A stretch of 64,000 nucleotides of DNA from Podarcis gaigeae (taxonomy: Eukaryota): assembly GCA_964106915.2 (NCBI GenBank), contig OZ066916.1; one strand, given 5' to 3'. Positions 25,678 through 37,915 of this stretch are shown in pieces. The translations under genes and the position numbers were made by a program. The notes under the pieces were generated by a model that was not told the origin of the DNA, searched no databases, and saw only the letters and a list, made by a program, of their open reading frames with translations. The first letter of the stretch is position 1, and every line of letters begins with the position of its first letter.

Positions 25678-28600
25678 TACTTCTGCTATATCCTTTATCA
25701 TGTCTTGCTATACCTGGATATATTCAAGGCAGCACCTAAGTTACAACAAAATTAATTAAAATGCAGTGCATGATATATTTTCTCTATATGCTAAAACATT
25801 CTCATTTGGCATCCTCAGTGCTCTTTTTGGTTTGAAATAAGTACACCCTGGTTCATCATATTCAGATTAAAATAGTAGATAGGGAACTGCTAAAAACACA
25901 GACTCTAATGGAAGCATTAAATGGTCTCATGCTGTTACTCTGGCACACACTATCATGAAGGGGATGCTTAAAAAGCCTTTATTTATTAAGGCAAATGTAT
26001 ATGGGTCAGAATTAATTAAAAAAAACTTTTAATTGTTCTCCCATTATAATTTTCACAGCAGTGTATAGTTAAATATTCATGATAATGCTGATGATATGCT
26101 AAAGGTCTGGAATAGGTCTGGAGTTTCAAAATCAACACAGGTTATTTAACCCTTTTCATCTGATATACCATCAGAGACTCGCTCAGTAAAATCCCAGAGC
26201 TCTGGAATAATTAGAAGAAAGTAATGAGGATTTAATTAGTCCTTGAGATGTGCTGAAACAGGACCATTGAGAACTTTTTTTCTGTTTGGACATGGATTGC
26301 AAGTAGAATTGATGCTATTGCAGTTGCTGTGATGTGCTGGAAAATGTATTCTATTGCTAGAGGCAGTTTCATGGCACCATTCTGTGCCTGTCAGATCTGC
26401 ATGGAAGGTACCCATCACGAGAGCTTCCGAAAACCCCTTGTCTTTGCCACCCTTTGCCAATATCCTGCTTTTCATCATTTCTCCTCTAGGGTCTTTTTTT
26501 CCTTCCCGTCATTTACATGTTGCATCTTGTGATAGCGTTTCATCTTGCTTTGTTTCTTGGTTTTTAAATGGAGGGGGAGAAGGGGGGTACAAGTAGTGTG
26601 TTCTGGGGGGAAAATGTATTGCAAAGAATCACAGTGGGTAACAAATTGCAGCCTTATAGAATCCAGGTGTTGAGCTGAGCGAAACCTTGATCTATTTGAC
26701 ACAGCTGCATGTAAGCATTATCTCAAAATCAAGTTCTTATTTAGTATTAGATCTTCACAGAAGTGATATTTATCAGTAGCTACAATGTAGTAAATTTAAA
26801 TGGCTTTTTGGCAGTGGAGATTGTTATCCAGTAAGAAGCAGAAACAGATGGGATGTGAACAGGCATTTTGATGTTCTCTTTGTGCTTTCCTGCACACACA
26901 TACTAAACAGCAAACTGAATTTATGTAACTACAAGCTCTTGCTTTCCTTATTCCTTTTAATGTTATTTACTTCCATCATCTATATCCTGTCACTTCATCA
27001 TCCATTTATTTTCATTTAATGAAACACAAAACATATTTATCTCTTTAGAAGTCATACGCACCATTTAGGGAATTTCCCTTCATATTTCCTATTCAGATAC
27101 AATTATGACTTAATACTGACATTTGATAAAGAGTATCTTTTCTCTGACATCTATTTGCCGTCTTTAAAGAAGAGACAGAGAAAGAAAAATCCTAATCAAA
27201 TTGCAACCAAAAAGCACTGTGAATAGTTTTTAAATCTTAAAAGGATGTCCTTCCTCCATTTTTATTGCATTTTAGGATTTAGCATCTGACCCACAGAAAA
27301 AGAGAATAACACTGCTCTTGTTATTATTTATAATTTTCCTTATACATTTATTTTGTATATCTATCTCACCTTTTCTGCCACCCAAAGCAGCAAATAGAAG
27401 AAGTACAATAATATAGCATTCATTTAAAAAAAACACAAGTTAAACCTAATAAAATACTGGATCATTTGTTTAAAAGAAAAAAGTGGGATGGCTCACAACA
27501 GACAAATAAAGTATGGTCAGAGATTAATGTTTTTCCACATCTGACACACAGAGAGAGGGAGAGAGAGAAACATATATAAAGCCTCTTTCTGGTAGTGTTA
27601 GCATGTTCATCCACAAGGTACCAAAGCCAATTTTATACTTTCAGTGTGTACTTCATGATTACTCAACACTTGAATGGTATCAGTGCATTCCTAGAGCAGT
27701 GTGGAAGCCACCTCCCGCTTGTCCAATCCCATTCTGCTCCAGGAAAGTCCATAGAGAAGAACTGTGAGTGTCTGCCGAGTGATTTGAACCGTCCCACAGC
27801 AGTGTTGTCCCTCTCCTGGCATTTAATTGGAACCATTTTCCTTTCTACATATATTACCAGAACAGTGTAGCACTAGACTACTGGGAAGAAGGTTCTATGT
27901 TGTTCCAGTAGCAAATAAACCTATAGTGAAACCATGCATTACTGTTAAGAAGTCCTAGCTCACCAAAAGGGATGCCTGTTTTTAAACATGCAGGAATAAT
28001 TTACAGCAGCTTTCTGGAGGTAAATGACATGCAGCATTGATGCAACAACAAAGGAGGCCCTGCTCTGTTTCCCAGCTGTTCATCCCTTGTACAGAATGAT
28101 GCAGCTCAATTCAAGGAAATATTTGTGTCCTTCCTGAGTCTGGGTTACACTGATTGAAGCAAGTTGGAGATTGGGGTTTTATATAACTGCGCTTATTTTT
28201 GTAGGTGCTGAATTTGCAATACCAAAAGATACGTGGAAGGTCACCTTTATTAAAGTAATCCCATAAAGCAGTTGTATCTTTATGTTTGAACTGGTTTAAA
28301 CGTATTTCAGCTCCTAGCCTGTGAAAAGTTGGGAGTGATGTGGTACTTCTTTTCCTACTGGGAATAGTATCTGGTTTGAGGATTGCCCAAATAATGTTTG
28401 GTCCAGTTGCAGAGTACATATCAAGGGCTGGGAGTTTCTTCCCTTGTTCTGCAACCTTTAAAATTGGTGTAAGAGTGCCAAACCAGCTCTATTCTTGGAG
28501 AATCTGAGTGCCAATTTCAGCACCTGATGGATGTCAGTTTCAGATTGAATGTTGAATATCAGGCATATTATCTTCCCCAGCCAACTTCATATTTAGACTG

Positions 28601-31600
28601 AGTTGATTAGTTTTGGCATATGCTAAATATACAGCAGCTATGCCTTATTTCAAGAAGACATGAAATCGGCAGTGTCTACCTACAGAGAGAAGGAGCCACC
28701 CTCAAAAACTGCTCTGTGGCAGGAGACAACTAAATAATCACGTCAGCAGAATCAAAACCTAAAATCAAGTCTCTAGACAAATATTATCGTCTAGCAGCTG
28801 GTTACTGGGGTTTTTTCCCCCTTTGATAAATGCAGTTATATTCTTGAAGATGAATTTTTATTTACTTTAGCTAAATTGGTTTTTTTGTTGTTGTTGCTGA
28901 GACTGGGGAAAGGATTAGATTATATTTCTGCCTGTATACAATTGCTAACAATAAGATACCTCAGTAGAAACATTTTTACACTTTTTTTTAGTGTCTGAAA
29001 TCTCAGCCCCTAGGCTAGTACAGAAATAGGTCAGAACCATTCATTGGTAAAGGGCTTAACAAAGTGACAGTGAATGTTCCTATCACCAGGCTTCCAATAA
29101 AGTTTACTGAATCTGGTCGTTGTCCCTGGCACAGGTTTCCCTCATGAGCTGTGAAATTCATGCTTTCTCTATTTTAACTTAAATAGGTAATACCTTGGAT
29201 GATCTTTGTTAGGAAAGCTTTCTTAAAACTATTGAACTGTTTATTGAGGATCTACAGCAATGGATGTCATTTGTAGGTCAACATATAGAATATAAGCCTA
29301 AAACAAGCTGTTTTTAAAAGAATACCAACGGATTGCAAACTGTGCTGTAATACATTTTTTTTAGTGGGGGTTGGAAAACCACTGAAGTATGCAGGTGTCT
29401 CAAGGGGCCAAGCAAGGGCCTTTCTTCTCGGTTCTTTTCTGACTACCACCTGAGCAGCATAAATGTCTAAATTTGAGCTCCTCTTTGAATTTGAGGCCCC
29501 CAGCCAAATGAGGCCCCCATTGACCCTGCTCCTGTCTGAACCCCTAGACAGCCACTGCCTGTTAATATATTGAATTAGATGAGTCAATGATATGAATCAG
29601 CTTCCTGAGTTCCCAAAAAGTAAGTTTTCTATTCTGTCTCTTCTGTCCAGCTTTGATGGTGGAAAACATTTATTGGGAAGGTGGTCTCCAGTCTTGTTAT
29701 ACATCGTCACAGGACACACTTATTATCCAAGAACCTTTGGTTTTGTCAGAGTTGTAGAGCTTTCTTCTCTGAGCATTTCAGTGTGCACATACATATTCCG
29801 CAAAATGGGACTGCTCAGTAGATAGCTGGATAATAGTGGTGAAAGGGAAATAGCTCGATATTCAAAAGGATGTTCCTGTTAGATCACTTTACATGGCATG
29901 GCAATCCATTGCACATGAGATAGCAGGCTAATGGCTTCAGGTCTGTCATTTCTTTGCTGCTTTCATTGTATTGACAAATGTCACTCATGTCTTTGTGTCT
30001 GTGCCCTTTGTGCATCACGTTACAATGTCTATCCGACAGCATTGGGCAAGATTTGCATAAGGAAAGGTTTCCAGGCTACCATCTGGGTGATCTGTCTAAT
30101 CCTTCCCCCAATTCCAATTTATCAATGATAGATGATATTAATTTCAAGACTAGACAGGAAGAGGGTAAAGAAGGGGGAGGGGATATATTTAAACATCATT
30201 GCCTGCCTTACATAGTTGAGGTTTTTGTCATATCAGAGAAAGAATTGGGAGAGCGATTCAGCCACTTAGCTTAATAGCACAGCTGGTGGAACAGTAGGGA
30301 GTCTGGGTTAAAGCTTTAGCTAGGTCATTATTTTCTGCCTTCACCAAAGCAATTCAGTTTGTGAAAAGAAATTGGCAAACAAACACTAAACATAGTATAC
30401 AGAATTTAAGCATGTAGGATCTTATAAGAAATGAAGTATACTTCTCAAGTCCCTAGAAACTTGGCACCTTGGAGAGGAAGTGAATTGGTATTACCAGCCT
30501 TTATAGTGGGAGACAAATTTGCTAAGGTGACAGGTTGTGTGACTATTATTTCACCCAAGCAACAGAGAAACATCTTTTGTTGAACTGGTGTGAAGAAACA
30601 TGTCAATCATTCTGCACACAACAGCAGATGCAAACATGAAAATAAGCGGTTGCAATGCCAAGTAGAAAGGGTATTGTGTGTTATTGCTGTCCAGTGAACC
30701 TTCACTACTTTCATATCGCCCAGTAGTGGCCACTGAAGTGCTTGAGTTTATATTAGCTAATGGAACTGCTCACCAAAAACACGCTTCGTTTCTGTAGCTG
30801 CTGTAGCATCAAAATAAAACAACAGCAAGCAGTGGGATTGTTTATAAAAATTAATGTGACAAGTCAGGTTTGCATTAGCTGGTTTTCTTCCCGTAGACAT
30901 TTATAGGGCCCCCCCTATAAATGTAGTATTTGACATTTTGTGAAGTGGAAGATGATGTGTTATTAGGGGTAGTTAAGAGAGCGCCCTGCCTTCACTTTCC
31001 ACTGCTTCTTTGATTTGGTTCCAATTGATTTTGTAATGCTACTTCCCATCTGCTGAGATGAGTGCATTGGTAATGCAAATGTTTAAAGATGGTGTTTTGT
31101 TAATGGTCCATTCCATCTACTATAAATATCATTCCCTGCACCCCTTGCATCCCGAGAAGATAAACTCCTGAAAATTTGAACCTCTCTTACTTACAACCGG
31201 CCTATCCATCTCCTCTTACATTTAAATTTACTTTTTGTTCTTTGACAGCAAGTTAAACAATCAGCTTGGCTTTCAGCTTACATATCAGTCCAATAGATCC
31301 TTTGCATGAAAGTTCATTGCATTTGTCATTTCATTACTGTTGGAGTGAAAAGTGTCTTATTACCAATATCATCTCAGTCTTCACGTTGTTCTGATTTGAA
31401 CAGATTACTCTTAATATACTTCATGTATCCACACACCAAATAACACTGCACTCACTAGAATATCTTTATCAGCCTCGTGTTTGATTCTGCTCATCCTGGA
31501 AATACAGTCATAGTCTGTTGATACGATCAGTAAGAAAAAGCAAATTGTCACTGAATACTGTTTGCTAAACATTGTCAGATTTGTTAGAGACTGTGACTGT

Positions 31601-33024
31601 ACTTGACAGCCAGACCACTTATTTATGTCCAAGTACATTGTAGCATTGGGGAAATGTTTGTATATTGAGGCAGTAATTTCTTCTAACTTCTGTCCTTTTG
31701 CTTATTCCATTTCTTTCCTGATTTCATAGCCTGTCTGTTTCTTCTTCCCTTTACATTTCCTTCCAAATCTCTATCTCCCATTTGTAATATTCAGTCCCTA
31801 GAGAGATTAATGCTAGGAAAGTGAAATTGCACCTCCCCTCTGGGAAAGTTGTACAAATTCAGCGTTTATTGGCACAATCCTTGGAGAAGAAAATATGAGT
31901 TCTGGTCTGAGCGCATCCTTCATTTGAACAATTCTCCTTTTGGACTTATACTTCCAGTGACTCTTGTCACTTCTGTTTCTACAGAAGCTATATACCTTCA
32001 CTTAATGTTTAAAGTACTAGTTTCCTGTTTGTTAAGACTTGTCTAAAGAACAGTTTTACTCATGGCAGGCTTGGTATTGCAGTTCTAAATAAGGTCAGAG
32101 GCGACAGAGTGGTGGTGGGGAGGTACCAGGTAATCAGGTTTGAGCAACAGTTGTTCTGTCAAACTGTGCCACCTGTGCTAATCCTAATAGTCCTCTTTCA
32201 GTTTCTTGGAGTAGCAAAGAACAGACTAGTGCAGTTATCCTGAGGATTGCAAATTGCATCTGGGCTCCTGCCAGGCACTTATATAAACCCTTCCTCTAGA
32301 AGCACTCTCCTCAGCATCAAGGTGAACCCATTAAACATGAGCACCCAAACTACTATTTAAAAATTGATTGGATTCACTGAAGGTCACAAGATATTTGCCT
32401 TAGTTCTCCTCCACAAAACAAAATAATAAATTGCTGCATCTAAAATACCGTACCTTTACTGTTAATTAAGTACTCTTGAGTGGTGTAGGCTGGTTGGTGT
32501 CTTAAATATGACCTTTGTGATCAGCTGCTACAACCCCAAACTCTTGGGATGACCGTCTAGAGAGCAGTAAAATGGCTAGGATAGGTAAAACAGGTATTGG
32601 TATTTGATTGAATATTCATAATCTGTGTCCATGTCCATTAGCAGCAATCGTCAAAGATATTTGAATGCTTCTTCCACCACTTTCACAAAGCTTACAAGAA
32701 GTACCCTTGTGCAATCTGTCTTAATGTCAATCTGCCTAGAATACTTAGTCCATATAACATTGATTGTTCTGTCTTCAAGGTAATTGCCAATTCCTTGTTT
32801 TCTCAGCTTGTTTTATTTTAATATTAATCCATTATCTTACTATTGAATTTTGCACAGCTTTTACATGTGGAGTAAATTCCAAACCGCATAATTAGTATTG
32901 TGTTCACAAATGATGCCCTTAAGTAATGTCATGTGTTATCTGTGATTTGGAATTCTGCCGTGGCTTTCGTGCATCAGCTCTCCATATATAATGATATGTG
33001 ATACAAATAACCATTGCCTTAAAA

Positions 33025-33148
33025 CAATCTTCCCTAAGCTGGTGTCCTTGAGATGTTTTGAGCTACAACTCCCCTCAACCCAAGCCAGCAAGGGATGGGA
33101 GTTTTAGTCCAAACATCTGGATGGAGAGCACTAGGTTGGTGAAGGCTA
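33025..33148. mobile_element. Degenerate hAT-type MITE just upstream of an ARID1B exon
   Basis: Same palindromic core (GATGTTTTG-GCTACAACTCCC ... GGGAGTTTTAGTCCAAACATC). Ends are approximate. Confidence 0.6.
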
Positions 33149-33261
33149 TCTCAAACCAAAGTTTTAATGTTCGGGGGGGGGGGGGTTGGTAAAGAAATTT
33201 TTTGAGTTTTCCATGTGGAAGTATTTAATTTGTTCCTGTGTTGTGTTTATTTCTCTTTTAG

Positions 33262-33441
33262 GTTTCCTGGCAGGCATTCAGAGAAACCCTCAATTGTCTC
33301 AGTACACGCCTCAGCAAACTGGACCATCTATGTCACCCCATCCTTCACCCGGAGGCCAAATACATTCTGGAATTGGTAGCTTTCCACAGAGCAATTCAAG
33401 TGGTACTTATGGAACTCAGATGAACCAGTATGGGCCACAAG
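33262..33441 (+). CDS. ARID1B: ARID1B internal coding exon (180 nt, phase 1-1): (G)[59 protein letters not shown](G)
   Basis: TTTCTCTTTTAG acceptor and GTAAAA donor at 33442. In frame with the flanking exons; matches the ARID1B motif [16 protein letters not shown]...[14 protein letters not shown]. Lies within ORF 33186..33461. Confidence 0.96.
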
Positions 33442-35318
33442 GTAAAACAGATAACACATAAAATAACCAGCTCTTAATCAGTCTTTAATCAATGCTATAG
33501 AACATTTCTAATCCTGCAGAAATTTATGTGTTTTTCTTTTTATATTTTTATAAAAAGACTACACACACACACGCACACTCCTTTTATCTTTATTATTCCT
33601 TTGTGGATGTCTTGAAAAAGAGTTATTATGAGAAATATTCTTAATTTTAAAAATACTAGCTGAACATAATTGAAATACAAGCGTCTACCCCCCATTTTTA
33701 TTCTAAACAGATAGCAAGAATTCATAAGTTCACAGCCTGCACAAAACAGCACCTAATATGTACCTCCGGTCACAAGTGTGCTTTCTGTTGCTTGTAAGAA
33801 GTTGGTTTAAGCCTGTTTCAAAATATCACATGGATTAATCTTCATCTCAGAGTCTTCCTTGGAAAGTGAACTCAGTTCTGAGTGCCTGCCTTACATGAAA
33901 CTCTATTCCCCTGGAAATACCCCTCTCCCATGTGGACATTGGGGGCAGGGTGGAGGACAAACTCCCACGTTCTACCTCTACAACTTTTTGGAATTATTTT
34001 CTAGGAATTAAGATGAAGGGGTGGTTCCAGACAGAGCCAGCCTTAACTTTCTTGGGCACCTTCCAAGATCCAGGAGACCCAGCATTGATTCCATTCCTGC
34101 CCCACCTACATTGTACTTGACAACTGGGTGTTCGTGCTGCACATTATTTTAAATACCCACAATGTCCTGGAGTGAAGCTGCAATGGCAGGCACCTAGCAA
34201 CTGCTCAGCAAATATCACAGCAGTTCTGCTGCTGCTGCTGCCCACCACAATCAGTGGATAAAATCCTATGATCCTGCTGATTTAGGACAGGACCCACTAG
34301 AGGACACTTTTTCAGGGAACCCCATCAGAAAAATAATAATAATATCAATCAGTCTTTATTGTGGTCAAAGACCAGACAGCAAAGTTAACAACAACAACAA
34401 CAACATAAGCCACAACAAATAATATCAGAATCAAACATCCATGTGAATATTTAATTCCAATACAGTTCTTCCTCCAGAAGGATTTTTATAAAACATTGTT
34501 GTACAATAAAATTTAACATTGGGCTAATATATAGAAGACGTCATGTAGTTTTCTGGTCAGTTTTTATAGACCTTTGCAGTCACCAACAACATTCACATGT
34601 CATCAGGTTTTCAGAATTATTTTATTTAAAATAAAGGCCATATCTTTTAGGGCAGGGTGAGTGGAAAAGTAGAAACTCATAATTTTTGTGATGAACTGTC
34701 CCACAGTTGTTAGGATCATAGAAGAACAGATTATGCAAATCTTCATCTGCACCTCCCAGCACTTTTCACTCCTGCTATTATTCTAGCCACGGGTCAGCAC
34801 CACTCAGTTCAAAGAAATATTGCCTTGATATATTTGATCCTAAAGTATGCTCAATCATTTGTGAGGGGAAGCTAGCTAGCTGGCAGCTAGCTGGTGTTGT
34901 TATTTTTAGCCGACAAGAAGCCTGCTTGCATTCAGGAGCTTGTGGGTGAAACATGTTCGTTAGCTCAGATCTTAATATCTGAACATCAGTAATTGGCAAT
35001 AGTACAGCTGAAACTTCCAAAATGTAGCAGATTTTTCTTGTAGAGTAATAGCCACTACTAATGCACTTAAGAGATAGGCCTGGCTTATATCCAGGTGGCT
35101 ATAAAACGATAGCAAACTGAAAGAGGAAGTGTCTATTGAAGGAGGTTGTCTCTTTTGACTAGCCCAGATGGTTCAGTTTACTCTTAGTAAATTAATTCTG
35201 AAAAGGTATACTGCTTCTGTGATTATTCATGTACTTCTGCTTCATACATAAGTTCATCCTTCTTATATGGGTTGTGGTGGTGCCAACTTATTTTGAGTAG
35301 CTACCGGTTTGTCCAAAG

Positions 35319-35513
35319 CATAGGAGCCAGTTCTTTGGAACCAAGGTCCCTTCAACCCTGCCCCCTAGTAAAATATTTGAGGGGACTACCCCAAAAAAAG
35401 GTTGATGGGCACTGCCATTCAAATGATGCATGTGTGCCACATCTTGTAAACGATTATGTGGGGTAGGGCTTACCTGCCTCACCCCCAATATTTTATTCAA
35501 GCTGGCACCCCTG
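35319..35513. mobile_element. hAT (Tip100-like) non-autonomous element, about 195 bp
   Basis: Perfect 8-bp TSD GTCCAAAG; imperfect TIRs CATAGGAGCCA / TGGCACCCCTG; second copy at 20205-20390. Confidence 0.8.
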
Positions 35514-36361
35514 GTCCAAAGTGAGCAGCTATCTGTAGTTAATGCTTGTAATGTAAGTGAGGCGAAGTAACTCAGTTCACAGAATAAATATAGTAATGTT
35601 GGTGTGCATGTCTGTAGCTCAGTCCGTGTTAAGTAGACCAGGAATTGATTTCTCAAAAGTCTTGACAGAATGCAAAAAGATCACACTTGTGGATCATAAA
35701 CTTTGGGTTGCCATGGGCAAGATAAAGTTACTAACAAATTTAATACATGATAATTTTTTTTTTAAAAAAAAAGAAACTTCATTCATTGGTAAAGTTAATT
35801 TAGAGATGTGTGAAGTTAGTCAGTTTGAAAGTGTCAGTCACAACTGTCAAACAATTTGCAAGTTAAAGTTGCCTGTTGTGACATTTCCAGGATATGCTGC
35901 AGACTAAAGATTTTCAAGTTGTGGCCAGCTTTTTGAATAATGCAGACAATTTCAGCTGAGTGCTAGAAGACAGTAGCTGATATCCAATTGTTACAGCCAG
36001 CTTGTGCAACAGCCATTCTGCTGCCAGGAGGCCCTAGTTTACCGCAACAGCCAAATTCAATTGACGTCTTGTACTTGTGAAATATGTTGTGCAACCCCTA
36101 GCACAACTTCTGTAGTTTTTATTATTATACTTGGTGACAGTTAAGCCTATGTGCATAGTTAAGCCTATACAGGACAGGGGAAAGGGAGTGAGGAATGTCA
36201 GGAGTTCAGCCTACACTCGAGTAGGAGTGTAGGCTCTAACAAAGAAGTCCCATTGCACAAGCAGAGGTTGTTCCACTCACACTTAGTTAAATATGCTCCT
36301 CAGACTTTAAATTGAGGAGCATGGACGAAATCAAAAGGTACCAATGTGAAAGGAGCAATAA

Positions 36362-37915
36362 CACTGGGCAACAATTTTTTACTTTTTGAATGTTGTCTAG
36401 ATTTCTACAAATGATTTAGGGTATTTTTGCACTGCTGAATCAGGAAATGGCATCTGTTTCTCTCCATTAGGTCAGGTTTTTGTGCTATGTTGATTTGAAA
36501 AAAAATCAGATCTTGTGACAAAATCAATTACATTTTTATGGCATTATCAGCTGCTTTTTGTCAACACATATCATCCTAGATATGTTTTTAAGAGAAAAAA
36601 ATGTTTTTCCAACAACATATATTGATTACCTGATCGAAACATCAATTACTGTAAACTGAATGGTGGCCATTGATAAAGGTAAGTACACGTAAATTTTCAA
36701 ACTTCAGGGCTTGAACTTCCGTTTCTTGGAACTCCTGGAATGCTCACCAGCAGGGAGGTCTCTGTCTTCAGAGTCCAACAGTAGTCAGCCATCATGACTG
36801 CGTCCCAGTGACCCTGATACCTGATCTCCATCTCTTTCATGTCCTGATGGAATCTCTCCCCCTGATTGTCACTCATTGAACCCAGGTTCTCAGGAAACCG
36901 GTCCATATGTGAAAATAGGTAGTACATCTTGACGCTCATGTTGCAGCCCAGGTTTCTGAAAGCAGTCAGCATGTTGTTGACAAGTTCTGCGTAGTTTCTG
37001 GCCTTATTGTTGCCAAGAAAGTTCTTCACTACCGGAACAAATGCCTTCCACGCTTCCAGTTCCACTTCGTTCATTGAGTTTCCGAACTCTGGATCTCTGA
37101 TGAGCTGACGGATCTGAGGACCGTCAAAGATGCCAGCTTTCAACTTCTCCATGGTCAATCCTGGAAAAGCCTGGCACAAGTAAGTGAAGCAGTCACCATC
37201 CTTGTCCAGAGCCTTGGTGAACTGCTTGATTAAGCCGAACTTGATGTGCAGCGGTGGGAAGAGTATTCTGTCTCTGCCACCAGAGGGTCGTTGATGACGT
37301 TCCTTTTTCTGCAAGGCACCAATTTCTCCCGCACAGGCCAGTCCTTCTTCATGTAATGCTGAGCACGATCCCTACTCTCCCACATGCACAGAAAACATGG
37401 GTTGGTGAAGCCAGACTGTTGTCCCAACAAAAAGTTCACCATCTTCAGGTCAACACAAATAAACCACTTATGCTGATCATAACCAATTTTCTCCAGCACA
37501 TACTTCACCGCTTCATAGTTCTCCTTCAGTGTACTTGAGTGAGCCAGGGGTTTTGATCCCCCAACTGTATGCTTTGCCGCACCAATTTATGGAAGATTTC
37601 GAGGTTTTATGACTTCAAACTGATCCCTTTTCGACATAATCACCCAGAACTATCGAACCTGAATACTTCTTGTCATTAAAATAATCATTTCCAATCAAAA
37701 CAATTATTCGACATGGCATTTTACCCCCACCAACTTCTTCTAAAATGCTCCACACAAGCGTACATATGAACAAAATATTTAAAAAATGACATGTGGCCAT
37801 AACTCAAAAACTTGACTTGATTGAGCAAAACCAATGTGATTTTTGGATTCAGCACATCAGATTCGTCCTAAATCAGCTGAAAAAACGCAGACAACAAATT
37901 TGTTGTTGACCAGTG
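36362..37915 (-). mobile_element. Internally deleted Chapaev(3)-type DNA transposon, 1554 bp
   Basis: TIRs CACTGGGCAACAA / CACTGGTCAACAA (12/13 match). TAA on both flanks (36359-61 and 37916-18) is consistent with a 3-bp TWA TSD. About 120 bp of subterminal inverted homology. Carries the C-terminal half of a transposase on the - strand. Confidence 0.9.
36697..37550 (-). pseudogene. Chapaev/Transib/RAG1-like DDE transposase remnant (C-terminal part only, frameshifted)
   Basis: Motifs PLAHSSTLKENYE, WFICVDLK, GQQSGFT-PCFLCMW-SR, ILFPPLHIKFGL-KQF-KAL, KLKAGIFDGPQIR, MS-K--YLFSH-D-FPENLG--SD-QGERFHQD and WDAVMMADYCW. An apparent 1-bp deletion near 37277 splits ORFs 37230..37508 and 36697..37314. 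The N-terminal part is missing. Confidence 0.88.
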
